Below are positions 15,514 to 29,938 of a stretch of 64,000 nt of DNA, piece by piece. Within the stretch, counting starts at the first letter, position 1; each line of letters starts with the position of its first letter. The notes beneath the pieces are model-generated. The model had not been told where the DNA came from and did not search any database. It saw only the letters and a program-made list of their open reading frames with translations. The stretch lies in NCBI GenBank assembly GCA_964016885.1, contig OZ024742.1:134230001-134294000 (forward strand), written 5' to 3'. This stretch comes from Eledone cirrhosa. Taxonomy: Eukaryota. Position numbers and translations under genes: made by a program.

Positions 15514-16384
15514 TATGTATATATACATGTGTGTGTGTGAGTATGTATATATGTACGTACGTATGTATGTAGATATATATGTATGTATGTATGTATGTAT
15601 GTTTATATGTATGTGTGTGTGTATAACTGTGTGTAAATGTGTTACTTGGTCTATGGATTTATCAAGCTTATACATAATCATAGCGCACCAAAATGTTTAC
15701 AATATAATATATATATATATATATATACATATATATAATATGAATTGTGTATTTTTTTCCCTATCCCTGTTTAACGATGTCTGTTTGTATTGTTCTCTGT
15801 TAATAGGAAGTGTGTTACACTTGTTCTGACATCCTATTTTATTCATTCTTTCAAGGCTTTAAATATTTATTTTATTATTCGTCTTAAGGATGATATTTAT
15901 CTTGTTTAAACTGTTCTATTTAGTAAATTATATGAGAAAAACGATAGTATGTTCTAAAAGGCATAAAGAAAACAACACAAATATCAGCTACGAAACTATA
16001 TTTTTACTTTTCAATAATGTATATATACTTATACTTTATATATCGACTTACCTGTTATATACATCTATATATGCTTGTGTGCAGATGTTTGAGAGTGTGT
16101 GGGCGTCATTCTGCTATAAAACACCAACATATAAATGTGTTACTTGGTCTATAGATTTATCAAGCTTGTACAGCAAATGTTTTACAATATAAAATATTTA
16201 AATACGGGTATAAGTTAGGATATAAAAACAACTAATTTATTATCATGAAAGCATTTGATAAATGCTTTCTTGTAATTTCCTAATAAGACATTGAAGGAGT
16301 CTGTGTGGGTGTTTGAAGCGGAGAAAGAGTGATATACACAAAATAAAATAAAAACAATAATACTTTCTTGATTTGGAAATGATT

Positions 16385-16492
<108 letters not shown>

Positions 16493-16559
16493 ATATAAAT
16501 ATATAGTTATGTAATAAACAACATAAGACAATTATTACATTTACCAAAGGTTTCACGAA

Positions 16560-18698
16560 GGCAGACGGGCTCGTGACAGACGTCTGAAATTGTAGCGATT
16601 TCAAATATAGGGATGAACTAACAGACGACTACATATACCAAGCCCAATTGCTGCTTCCAGAAATTGAGGTCGGCTTTAGTAATGAATTATACAACAGAGC
16701 TCTCATTGATATTAAGGACAAGTTAGCTCTGATTTGAGGCAAGGTTTTACGTGACTACGGTTTACCAGAAACTCATCGCACGGACTCAAACAAACATCCC
16801 ACATATATCATACAGGAGACTTCTCATGACATCCATGATCTAGGTCTCTACTTCACAGATAATGAGTCAAAACTTCTAGCTGATCAGCGACCACCATTAC
16901 TGAATCGGTATTTCAAAGAAGAGGTGGCATATGTTTCCTCGATGTTCCAGTGGGGACAGGAAAATCTTTCGTTACTAAACTTCTTCTTGTAAAGGTTATA
17001 CATAATAAGGACATAGCAATAGCAGATGCGTCGTCTGGAATCGCACCAACTTTGCTCCCTGGAGGAAGGACGGCACATTCAGTTTTTAAATTGCCCTTTC
17101 ATTTGCAGAATTGGAAATTTATACTTGTCATATCATCATAAACTCCGAAAGGGGCTCATCTGCTGCGAAGGTGTCACCTTATTGTTTGGGGTGAGTGCAC
17201 AATGGCGCACAAATTTGCTCTTGAGGCACTAGACAGGTATTTGCAAGGCATACGGGATTGCAGTGATGTTATGGCGGGTGTCACCCTTCTGCTATCAGGA
17301 GACTTCAAACAGACTCTTACTATAATACTGAAAGGAACAAGAGCAGATGTCTCAAGACTTCACCATTGTGGCGACACGTGACTTCATTAAGACTAACTAC
17401 CAACTTGCGTGCAATATTGCATGGTGACCCTCTGTCATCAACATTTTCTGGAGACATTCTTACAATAGGAGATGGTAACCTACCTACGGATACAGATGGA
17501 TACATAGCAATTGATCACATCTGCAATGTAGTTGAAACTGTCGATGATCTCAAGGCGAGTGTATTCCCGAACTTGCGTGATAACTATACGAAACTTTAGT
17601 GGCTATGCGAAAGAGCCATTCTTGCACCCACAAATATCAGGGTTAGCTGTATTAACGATCAGCTTCTTCAGCTTCTTCCTGGCTGTCCACGGATATATAG
17701 ATCTATTTATACTGTATGTGAGCCACAGGATGCGGTCAATAATCCAGTTGAATTTCTAAATTATTTACATCCTCCCGGTTGAATTCCTATTACATTGGTT
17801 CTAAAACAGGAAACGCCAGTTATTTTGCTGAGAAATATCACTCCTCCAAAACTATGCAATGGTACACGCCTTGTGGTTAAAAAACTTTCTCCACTTAGTA
17901 TTGACGCAACCATTCTATCCGGATGCGGAAAAGGCGAGGATGTGATAATAACAAAAATTAGCCTGACTACATCAGGCGTGGATACACCCTCTCCTTTCAC
18001 CGAACCCGATTTCCCCTTCGTGTTGCCTTTGCGATGTCCATAAATATGTCGCAAGGTCAAATTCTGTCCATCGCTGGAATTCACTTGGATGAACCTTGCT
18101 TTTCGCACGGACAATTCTACGTTGCCTGCAGAGATGGCAGTAGAGATTATCACTTTGCGTTGGTTCCGAAAAAGAAAAACAAAGAATATCGCCTAACCTG
18201 AAGTTCTTTAGTGTTAACAAAAATACTTATTACAGCTCTGCCTTGACTTCACCTTACACATTACAAAACATACCAATGAATATGTCATGTAGGATATTTT
18301 GGATTATAAGTTCAAAATTTAACCATACACAGCGAAGGATGCTCTCAAAGAATACATTTTCTCTTATTCTACTATCATTGTTTTTTTTTGTTTGTATACA
18401 ACTCTGCTTTCATTACAAATTTTTGTAGTTTAGCAAAGTTGCGTGTTTTTTTTTTTACAGATTTGCAACGTGTATTGTCGTTAATCATTTGTACAACTAC
18501 ATCCTGTTCAGTGTATTCCTTCATTATCAGCATAGTTTTATGTGTGGAAAGATTACACTAAATATTCGTTTGCATTAATTATTGAAGACTTCTTCTTATT
18601 TTGACAGGTTGGGGACAAATAATTAACTTCTTTTACTTCCTAGCTCTATATTCTTAGCATAATTTCAATACCCGGGCAACGCCTGGTAAATCTGCTAG
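16560..18698 (+). mobile_element. 5'-truncated Helitron: PIF1-like helicase pseudogene plus canonical 3' terminus
   Basis: GTGKSFVTKLLL (Walker A), ASSGIAPTLLPGGRTAHSVFKLP, LLSGDFKQTL, LRLTTNLR, ILTIGDG and PVILLRNITPPKLCNGTRLVVKKL. 3' hairpin ccgggc-aac-gcctgg (18672-18686) followed by CTAG (18695-18698) and a T. Confidence 0.9.
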
Positions 18699-18830
18699 TT
18701 TATATATATATATATATATATATAAGCAAGTATTTCACCAAGAGAAATACGACGGCGGCGTGAAGAGATTATTAATTTATTTGTATGACATATGTTTCTG
18801 TATCTATTATAAATTGTCTACATAAGCTGG

Positions 18831-18865
<35 letters not shown>

Positions 18866-19010
18866 ATATAATAAATGTAATATGAGTTTTTTCGAATATT
18901 AATACTAACATTCGATTCGTTTGCAATTATGCAAATATGCCTCAATTTTATAGCCATCTCAGTAGAATGAACCCTTCATTCTTGATCTTGTTTTTGGCAT
19001 GTGAACACAA

Positions 19011-19054
19011 CTGCATACACTAGTGTTTCGGGGCATCACCCTTCATCAGTACAG
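19011..19054 (-). ncRNA. Minimal type I hammerhead ribozyme (canonical core)
   Basis: Minus strand: ctgta CTGATGA aggg-tgatg-cccc GAAA cactagtg TA tgcag. Helix I ctgta/tgcag, palindromic helix III acactagtgt, GUA cleavage triplet. Confidence 0.8.
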
Positions 19055-20051
19055 CTCAGTGTTCACCTGCCAAACTGTCAGAAATAGTGTGTCCGCGTAA
19101 GAGTGCCTGCATGCGTACGTGAAGGTACGAGGCCGGTTGAATTTCTTTATATGAATGTCTATATGTAGATTACTGCTTGTATTTGTTGTTTGTATTTATA
19201 ATTGTTGTGATTGAAACATATAATTGTATTTATAATTGTTGTGATTGAAACCATTCAAAACAGGATTTGCTATTACTACGACATGGGAACCAGTTGATCA
19301 GTGAATTGCACCATATTTCCATCTTATTACCTTTCTCCAATTTCCACTACCGACCAACATTCATATATCATTTATAATATAAAAGGAGTTTAATGTTAAT
19401 TATATTTCATACTCAAAGGTTATTAGATGTTTCGCTATATTTTAACAAGGTAAGGGTTTTATATTATTGCATTTAAAAAAAAGCATCAAACCATCTTCTC
19501 ATATCTGTAGATATCTATTATTTGGGATGCATTTCGATAAATATTTACTGAATAATCATAGATTAAATCGATAGCGAATGCTACATATAAGTAGATGGAG
19601 CAGAGTGAGAAGCAACGTTTCATGTAACTGCGAACTACAATGTAATTAAAGCATGTTATTTCCGTTTAGAATTATTGGTTGTGATCTACATATCATTTCA
19701 TTTGCAGATGAGGGATTAGTATACGTTTCATAATTATGTATGTCTCATCCATTTCATATTTTAAAGCTATGTATTGAAGCAGGGAAATTACAAACGGTAT
19801 ATTGATTAGCAACAATACACTTAATATTAGGTCTGTTAACCATGGTCATTATCGAATAAACTCTATTTAATAATGTTTTCTGATTTAGGCATACTTCTCA
19901 TGCTACGTAATATAAATTCAATTCAACAGTACGACCCAGACTGTGGATATTATACACGTCTTATATAACACATATTTTAAACAGTCATCATACGAAACTA
20001 ATTCATATACCGTAACAGAGTGAGAGAGAGGGAGATAGAGAGAGAGAGGGG

Positions 20052-20200
<149 letters not shown>

Positions 20201-20410
20201 TACTAAATTCAAACAACATCAAACACATTAAGAAATCACATACCACATACTTTCCACTAATCAAATTAAGGAACGCTACATACATAGGAAGAAAACCTGT
20301 AACACAAAAGTAGTTATACTCTCTCAAACTGTTTACACCGTCCTGAAACAAAGAGTTGCTCATCCAGCTTGGACGTTGATTCAATTCATATTATTGCAAA
20401 TATGTTTATG

Positions 20411-20605
20411 ATGGTGGATTGGAAACATCGGTAGAGGATCAGACGCCATGCTTTGACACATATAGTTACCGCCCTTTACAATCTTAGTTCATATCCCACC
20501 GAGTTTAACTTTGCCTTTCATCCTTACGGGGTCGATAAAATAAAGTACCAATAATGCACTGGATAATTGCTGGCTTTGAGCCGAATTGAGAAACAATTAT
20601 TATTA
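20411..20605 (+). mobile_element. tRNA-derived SINE copy
   Basis: Full family consensus. tattattgcaaa occurs at both 20389-20400 and ~20601-20612, a probable TSD. Confidence 0.8.
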
Positions 20606-23023
20606 TTGCAAAAAATTAAAAACGATATATTATCTACATAATTAATGTAAACAACATATTAAAATTAGTGTAAATTTGACGTTAGGTTCTTCAAATATAT
20701 ATCATAACATAAAATTGATTGCATGTAGTATAACCAGTACGTGATCATGTGAATTTAAAAAAAAAAATACATATTGCTCATATCACACATTGCCATGTTA
20801 AAAAAGGAATAATATTTTGAATCATTTACTCTAGAAAGGAAAGGTATGCACACCATTGGAACATATTTGAAGATGGGTATGTTTATTTGGGAATGCCCTT
20901 AGTTTGATAGGAAGAAGATACAAACAGATTTGTAACTTGAAATATAAAAAAATTGAATTCAGAAACTGAAAAGGTATATACACACAATGAGCATATGTAC
21001 ATGGACACATAGCACGGCATATATACCGACAGATATGTGTTTATATTAATAAAGTAGTTTACTTGGCATCGTGTACAAATCTCTACAGTTCTTTCAACAA
21101 TGGAATTAATCGTTTAACCATTGATTACTTTAAAGCAACGTGAAAGATATTGCTGAAATTGCAGCTAAACTGCGCAATATGTAAAGATTATATTAGTTTC
21201 AAACCAGGATCGAATTCAATGAATATTTTAAACACGTTTCTTCCGCAAACACGTTTGATGTTACTGTCATAGCATTCCATTACACCAACCCCATGAATTA
21301 TTTCCTACTCCACCATTTTAGTTTACGTATGGCTAAACTCTAAACTCTACCCTCGTATTTTTACATAACTCATTAACCTATGTAATCCACGCTTAAATCG
21401 TTTGATTCGGAAATTCTGCGTCAAAATTAATTTACGTTGAGTGAGACGCCAGTCAGAAATCATCAGAAAATGTTCAGTTAGCGGATAATTTAGACAGACA
21501 TTATTGCAAAATAAATGAACAGTCGTGTGGCTATAAAGATCTTGAAAGGAATTTATATGTATGATGACTTCCCTTCCTTTTACTTCTTAATAATTTTATT
21601 TGTTCAATATTATCATGGTCTTCATCATATCCGTTTCTTCCTCTACGCCATCATAATCACCATTATGACCATCATACCATTTAACTCCACCCTCATCAAT
21701 ATCATCTCCAGCGCACTCAACAACACCTTCATCACCCCCACCAATACCGACCAATCTACCTAAACACAAATACAACAACAACAACAACAACAACAGCAAC
21801 AAACACAACAACAACAACAACTGCAAGATGAAAAAGAGCAACATCACTAATACTCACCCCACCTAACACTAACACCATAATCAACATCATTTCCACTATT
21901 ACCGAGGAGTTTATAATACTCATGAACAACATCATTCTAATGATCACCAATTTTATCAATGCTATGATCACCATAATTATAAACGTATAATGAACACGTT
22001 CGTTTTAATAATTATCAGAGCATCACCATCATCACCATCATCATTAACAACACTCACAACATTGATAAAAAGGCAAATCCAATAACATCACCAAGAGTAG
22101 CGTAACAGATTCAGGACAGTGTTTTGATTCTGGCACAAACGCTACCGTCATCAGTTTGACTGTAACATACGGTAGTAGCAAATTTAGAACCAACGCCTGC
22201 AACTCAAATATGTTTCCAAACATAATCATTTCATTGCCACCACTGCATGCTACAAACTGGAAGCTGAAATACGAAGGCTGCCGCCTATTAAAACGAAATG
22301 CTAAGGTTAGATAATTTGTTACATCATTATTTACTTCGGCCATTTACGTTCTGTTGTTAAATGATGTCAAGGGTCAGGAAGTTTTAGCTCCTAATGTGAA
22401 CGATAACATAAGGTAAACATGAAGAAAATAGTACAATAATACTAGCCTATCCCTCCTTTCTTCTTCTTCTTGTGTCTGAAGTAGAAATCATGACTACTAC
22501 CCAGATGTCCGAAGAACTGAAACAATTTGACTTAATTATTACTGTCCTCCTAAGTTATGAATTCAATTACAACCTACATTGACATACTGCGTTTGTTACA
22601 AATAGATATAATTTGCATATATTAGATATCATTTTTACAAATAGATATAATTTGCAAAATTACAGCTTCTGCTCAGTAGAAGAATGCAAATGCATCATAA
22701 TTAAAATATGATTCTAAATAATTTACAGTCCTCATTTTAATTTCGAGTTGAAATATCATTTAGTGGAGCTCACTACATTACAAACGTTTAAACAAAGACA
22801 GGGGACTCAAAATATTTCCCCCTCGTTTTTCAGCAGAAAAATGTATAGTGTAATTCCTTTCCATTAGCAAGGGATTCTAATTTCAATATGGTTTGGATAA
22901 CGAATCTACGTTTTGTAGTTATATCGATAAGTCTCTACTTTTATATCTCTACGTTTTTTTCTCATAACAATTCAAATAATATTAATTGTATTTTACGTTA
23001 CAATGTAAAGTTGGATTAATTAA

Positions 23024-23157
<134 letters not shown>

Positions 23158-23297
23158 AAATGAAGATAAATTAAATGAATTTAATCTAAATCAAATTTAT
23201 GGGTGTCATGCCAGAACGGCATGCGCCATATCACCCGGAAAATAAGATCAAAGATTCTATCGAGTAGATCCGAGCATTTTATAACTAGAAATTGATT

Positions 23298-23341
23298 AAC
23301 TTCAAAAATAGATACCTTATAAGGTATCTATTTTTGAAGTT
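23298..23341. repeat. 44-bp perfect palindrome
   Basis: aacttcaaaaatagatacctta|taaggtatctatttttgaagtt, with no loop. Confidence 0.9.
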
Positions 23342-23452
23342 GTAGTCAACTTTATTTAGTTACCTACCAAGCTATGTGTGGTTACACACACACTCGTACA
23401 AATTATCTCCTGTGATTATTCATGTTTATATATATGTTAATCAATTTCTAGT

Positions 23453-23573
<121 letters not shown>

Positions 23574-24461
23574 CGCGCGTGTGTGTGCGTGCGCGCGCGC
23601 GCATGTGTGTGTGTGTGTTTGTGAATGTGTATGTATAATTACATTTTAAACAGAAAAAAAAGATTACAAATGCATAGATAATCTATAAAGAAAGAAAATA
23701 GGAAGTATAATCGTTAGCAGTAGATAGCAATAGCCATACATATGATAGGAAATATGAAAAATGAAGGTGAGTAAATATCTTTTAGTGTCGAAATGAAGTG
23801 TGGGTATGTTTTAAATTTCAGTGAAAATGTGAGTTAATTTGAAGAAGAAGAAGAAGAAGAAGAAGAAGAAGAAGAAGAAATATATATATATGTATGTATT
23901 TCTGCATATAGGTGAAGAGGGAGAGATCTGTGGGTATGCTTGTGTTCGGGAGTGTAAGAACATTAGTTTTTGAGTATGTTCAAAATCTGGATTTATTTAC
24001 GATACTCACCATTCACAACATCCATAAATTTAATTTATTGTTTTTATTTAGAAATGTGTGGAGTGTTGATTTAATGAAACCACATCGATTGACCTTTAGG
24101 TGCCTGTCGGGTTAATGGAAATACAAAACAGAAAAACAATTGTACGGGGAATAGTGAGGTAAGACAAATATAAATGTATATTTATACTAAAATATATAAG
24201 CTGCTTGCAGGAATGAAAATTGTAGAAAACGTATAAGAATTTATTTTTATATTCTTATTTAATTAATTTCATGACTGGTTTGAAGATCGGTGAAAGTTAA
24301 TTAAAATGGATACAACTTTAGAAATATAAGATATTTATGAATTCTCATATAAGCAAATATACATATAAAAGCGCATAAATGTAGGCATCACATTTAACCC
24401 ATCACTGTGCACGCAAGCACACACAAGCTATCTATCTATCTACCTAAATAACTACCTATCA

Positions 24462-24526
<65 letters not shown>

Positions 24527-24659
24527 CCTCTCTCTCTCTCTCCCTCTCTCCCCCCCTCTCTCTCTCTCAATCTCTTTCTCTCTTCATATCTATGACGATT
24601 TGTTACGATATATGTTACGATTTACATAATCGTTTTTGTTTCTATATGTGTATATATAA

Positions 24660-24855
24660 TTGGAGGTTTAGTAAAATCGAATCTTTGGCGGTGTGCAAGC
24701 AAATTCGACCTACTATATTAATGAGTTAGCAAAGCACTCGAGAATGTAGGTCCTTAGAGTAATAACATACCTTTAAATAGCTTGACAAATTGAACATTGT
24801 GGTAGGCAAAATCTAACACACAATACCAAAGTAACGAAAGAACTAACAGGTTGAG
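24660..24855 (-). mobile_element. Possible Penelope-like 3'-terminal fragment
   Basis: Minus-strand [12 protein letters not shown] and LLAHRQRF resemble PLE C-terminal C..C and C.HR.KF motifs. Flanked by TA repeats. Confidence 0.3.
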
Positions 24856-24860
24856 AAAAA

Positions 24861-24894
<34 letters not shown>

Positions 24895-24904
24895 TTATAC
24901 ACAA

Positions 24905-24975
<71 letters not shown>

Positions 24976-25662
24976 CATTTACATATATATATACACAAAA
25001 ATGGTTTTGCAAATCGTAACAATTTAATTTAAAATTATTCCTCATATTTCCGCTTCTCCAAATATAGAGGTACAAACACATATACATACACATATAAACC
25101 ACCAGACAGTCATCGAACACATGCATATATACTACCCGCAAACACAAACGCATACATACACGGACACTCACATACACATCTATAAATGTGTATGGTTGAA
25201 TTTCTGTGTGTTTGTGTAAGATTAAATAATTGTACTCAGGCACGTGTATCTCACTCAGGAAGTACTATTTTAGAGTACTGATTAGTTTTTTTCTTTCAAA
25301 ATAAAAAGTTAAAGAAATGTATATACTGGGTGGTGAGGTAAAATCTTCATGATGGCACTCTTAATGAGTTGAATAATTACATTTACATCACTATGAACTA
25401 TTATCTATAAAGAAAAATAAATATGCATTTGAAAGAAATGTTGAAAGACAATGTTTATTAACATCACGAAATATAACTTTGCAATCGAAAAGTTATTACA
25501 CAAATTTTGTAGAGAATGTATAGTGCGCTATTCAGAAATAACAAAACAATGTCTTTAAATGTAAATGTTAATACGAACATCATATATATATGCATAAAAT
25601 TTAAATACATGCGAAATGAATATTTGGAAACCATTATGTATATAATATATCTATATGTATAT

Positions 25663-25803
<141 letters not shown>

Positions 25804-26350
25804 TGTGTGTGTGTGTGCGTGCGCGTGTGTGTGTATGTGTGTGTGTGTGTGTGCATGTATGTGTATGTATGTGTGTGTGTGTGTATGTATTATTTATTTT
25901 CTACGAGTGTGATGAGGTCATATCGGTGCAATACACAAGCACAAAATAACGAATTCATAACAATTAAAATGTGTATCTATATGGTTTATATATTAATAAC
26001 TAGTTATACTTTAATAAATTCATAAACACATACATACATTGACAAACACATCCAGCTATGTACTCCTAACCATAGACAATTACACATGCACACATTCACA
26101 TAGTCATACATGCCTTCATACATAACTATCTTATTTTAAATAAGAAGAAAATTTACACCATACAATGAACAGCACGCTATAAATAATGAAACTTTCAACC
26201 TGAATCGCGATTTATCATATTTTATCTCGTGATAAACAAATGCCATATAAATATATGTTTTATTTCTTGATAAGAACTTTTTTCGCTTCTTGAAATGAAA
26301 TAATGTATATATATATATATATATGTATCCCTTTTTTTCTCCTCCATGTA

Positions 26351-26440
<90 letters not shown>

Positions 26441-26449
26441 GATTGACCT

Positions 26450-26760
26450 TCTGAGTTTAGAGTGGATTCAGATCTGGTGATGAAGGTGGAAAATCTGTAG
26501 CTTTCATGAGAAAGTGAAAATCTGAGATCTGCGTGCAAACCCATAGCAAAGATATAGTGTATGTACACTGCCCGTTCAAAGCAACGATGCTTAGTAAAAT
26601 AGTAGAAAGCGAGAATCTTGGAAGGGACCGAAATTATTGAAATATGTGTCTGATAATCGTGTAAATGAAGAATGAACTGTCCGTAAATTGTATTTCCATA
26701 GAGAGAAACGTCGTTTGTCACATAATAATTCTTACTTTACACGCTAAAAGGTACAGAAAG
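26450..26760 (-). pseudogene. Tc1/mariner-superfamily transposase relic
   Basis: Minus strand ~26496-26458 translates [12 protein letters not shown] (the SPDLNP motif). Upstream [14 protein letters not shown] resembles F.FQQD.A..H.S. Confidence 0.65.
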
Positions 26761-29700
26761 TCTGTGGTTTGGTTGAAAGGTTCTATACATAAATTCATAT
26801 TATACAATAACGCAAAAAAGAGTAAGTGATAGAAAGTGACAGGATGAGCACGATTTAGAATGATTGAATGAAATAAGAATGTGTAATTTGGGCCTTATTA
26901 TCAAATCGCGTATTCTAATTCCAAGTAGGCCACTTTAGTTTGAAAACAAAAATAAAATTTAAAAACAAAATATAGAAGAAAAGGAATACTCTGCAACCGA
27001 TTACATCTGAAACATAAGAACACATATAACATTAGCAACAGGCACAAATTCGAGTGCTACAATTATAATACAACCTTTTTTTTTCAGGAACAGCCAGAAA
27101 AATGTCACCACTAACATCACCAGCTAAACAAATATGAGTGGGAGTAACAAGAATGTAAGTGAAGACAATGCCAATGATAACGGGAACAAAAACAACGGCC
27201 ACATTTATCGCAGTAACTTGAACAACAAAAAAGACGAAATCAAACACTCTGATACATGCAACCAAGATTATTTTTCAATCGCAGCCATGTTAAGAAATAC
27301 ATTAAGTCAAATATCGACGACAATACAACAGAAATAACAACAACGTTGTTAAAATATCAACACGAACGATGATTAGAAACATTGAAAGAGCATTAGCAGC
27401 AGATGGTAACACAATAAGGAATTACCCTATAACTCCTATATCAGAGAACACATTTACACCAACTAGAACTCTGACAATAGAAAAACATTGCCATTTTACA
27501 TCTACTGGATGTAACTCTTTAAAAATTCCTTGCTCAGCAAAGAATCAGGTCACATACATAGGTATGGATTTTCGTCACAACGGAGTGTGACGAAAATCCA
27601 TACCTATGTATGTGACCTGATTCTATTAGCTATATCATCCGCAGTGTTGAGATCAATTACTGGAAAAATGGTAATATGTCGCGCATTTCAGGGGAATTGT
27701 GAAACAGCAAAACAGGCTTGAGGTTGAATGAGTCGCAAGGCTAAGATGATTTGTGTGTGTTTGACTGGACATTTCAAAAAGGAGGCACTTACAATAAACA
27801 TTTTTTGAACCCTGAAGAATCAATGATTACGTTCAATTTAGGACGACGTACAGTTAGGTTTAGGATATTTTATATACCAAAATGCTAATCTGTGAATCCT
27901 GGTTTCTTTTGACGTTGAGAGTAGTGATACCGTTCTTGGCGTTAGGAGAACACGTTAGCATAAAGTCCTTGAGATTAATTTGGAGGACATTATTCAGATA
28001 AAGCCAGACAACCTGGATAAGCTCCAAAACTTCTTTCGATTTTCAAAATGAATAGGACAGGGTGAGATATCTAACGTGATATACCATTTGAAAATATCTA
28101 AACTTTTAAGTACACACCCGACAAACACACATACGGTCCTGCCTTCTCGCTTTTCTTCTCACACTATATTCTCACTCTCTCTCTCCTTATGTACTTCTTA
28201 CACACACACATACACACACACATACACACATACACACACACACACACAGACGCACACACACACCAATTACTCTCCTTTCGTGGTCCGGATTTTCCAATAC
28301 AGAAACCTTCTTATCTAGGAATGAGTACGAGAGCACTCCTCTAAAAAAAAATGAATTAATGAATTAATCAGAATAGTAAATAAAAAGATAAATACCGTAA
28401 GGCACGAACATGTTAAACCCAAGAAGCACACACACAAATGAAACAGAAATATCACCAATTGCACAACCGCAAGTCACTCCTCCATCACCATCACTGCAAT
28501 GATAATCGCCTTTATCTACACCACCGTCACTCTCATGAATATAACCTACATTACTTGTAACAAAAAGGAAAAACAGACAAGAACAACAACAATACAAACA
28601 TCAATACAGAAATTTCCAAATTTGTTCTGTTGAGAGACATTGCTGTGACCTGGTGTTTCTCATTCATTCTCAGTTAAATAATTTGGGATCTGAAGTGATG
28701 ACTTACATTTAACTCATAGATAGTGATCGGTCACTGGAGGCGTAATGCTTCATTCCTGGTGAATAATATCTACAGTGACCTGAATAACAACGTATTATTT
28801 AAGCATCAGTTAAGAGGAGAAATCCCTAATAGTAGGTTCACAAACGCCACCCAGGGAGAGATTTTATTAGAATCAATTGTGTTAACCAAAGATGTAGCAA
28901 TAGGGAAAGTTTAGATGGTGGTTTAGTAGTTGATCTAATTCTACGAGACTACTGTCAGACTGTGAAGTCAGCAGTATAGCGAACCGGTCCAACCTACGCT
29001 TGTTCTGCCTACGTGCATTCTGGACATGCAGAGTTTTGTGAAACAGCTGTTTTCTCTTCTCTTATTAAAGGCATCTCTAGTTGGTGTAAGTGCGAACTAC
29101 ATGGACTCCAAGAAGCAAGTGGCGCTAATACGAAAGAATTAGAAATATGTGTGTCGGAGAGGGATCATAAACTTCGAAATCAGAGGTGACGAGTACCAAC
29201 ACGAAAGGACAAAAGCGTTGTCACACATAATTCCGTAATCTTCAACATTCTATGATATGTGAACATACATGCAATTAATTGGCGGGACTAAAATACCATG
29301 CAGGATATAAACAGCCAAGCTGAATAACTTGAATAGGTTGGATCGTATTTAAATAGCGAAGGTCAAGACCATCGTATATCTATATAAATATCCTTGCAGA
29401 TATTTAGGGAAATAATATAGCGAGAATAAATTCATGAATTTATAAGAATATTTATATGGTAATATTATTTATTGTTTCGTTTTGTCAAACGTTAAAATTA
29501 ATAAACATTGAAATTTGATTTAATATTTTCTTTATCTTTCATATTAGTTTACTTTTCAGCCTCCGTAATATATCATCAATTAAATTATTCTTGAAGGTGT
29601 ATCCTAGCTACGTTAGAGCGTTGTAGTGTATTACTTTCATATTATTCTTTCACGTGTTTCTACACATGTTTGGGGCTGATTTATTGTTTCATTTGAAACG

Positions 29701-29796
29701 AACTTCCGCAAGCTTGTCTTTGAAATTTCGAGATGTTGATGGTATAAAACACAGTGATTTCGATATATACCCACAGCTGCAACTGGAAACATTTAA

Positions 29797-29938
29797 CCAT
29801 AACATATTCGAACATAAGGAAGCGAAATATATAATCTACTATCCACACAGGCTTAAACATGGAATGAGAATAATATGAAGCAAGAACAGAGGGGGGAGGG
29901 GGTTCCACATCAATTGTCTCCTGATGGTCTCGGATATT
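29797..29938 (+). repeat. Left copy of ~140-bp direct repeat flanking the RTE LINE (partner 33231-33367)
   Basis: ccataacatattcgaacataaggaagcgaaatatataatctactatccacacaggcttaaa is identical in both copies; the remainder has several substitutions. Confidence 0.9.
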
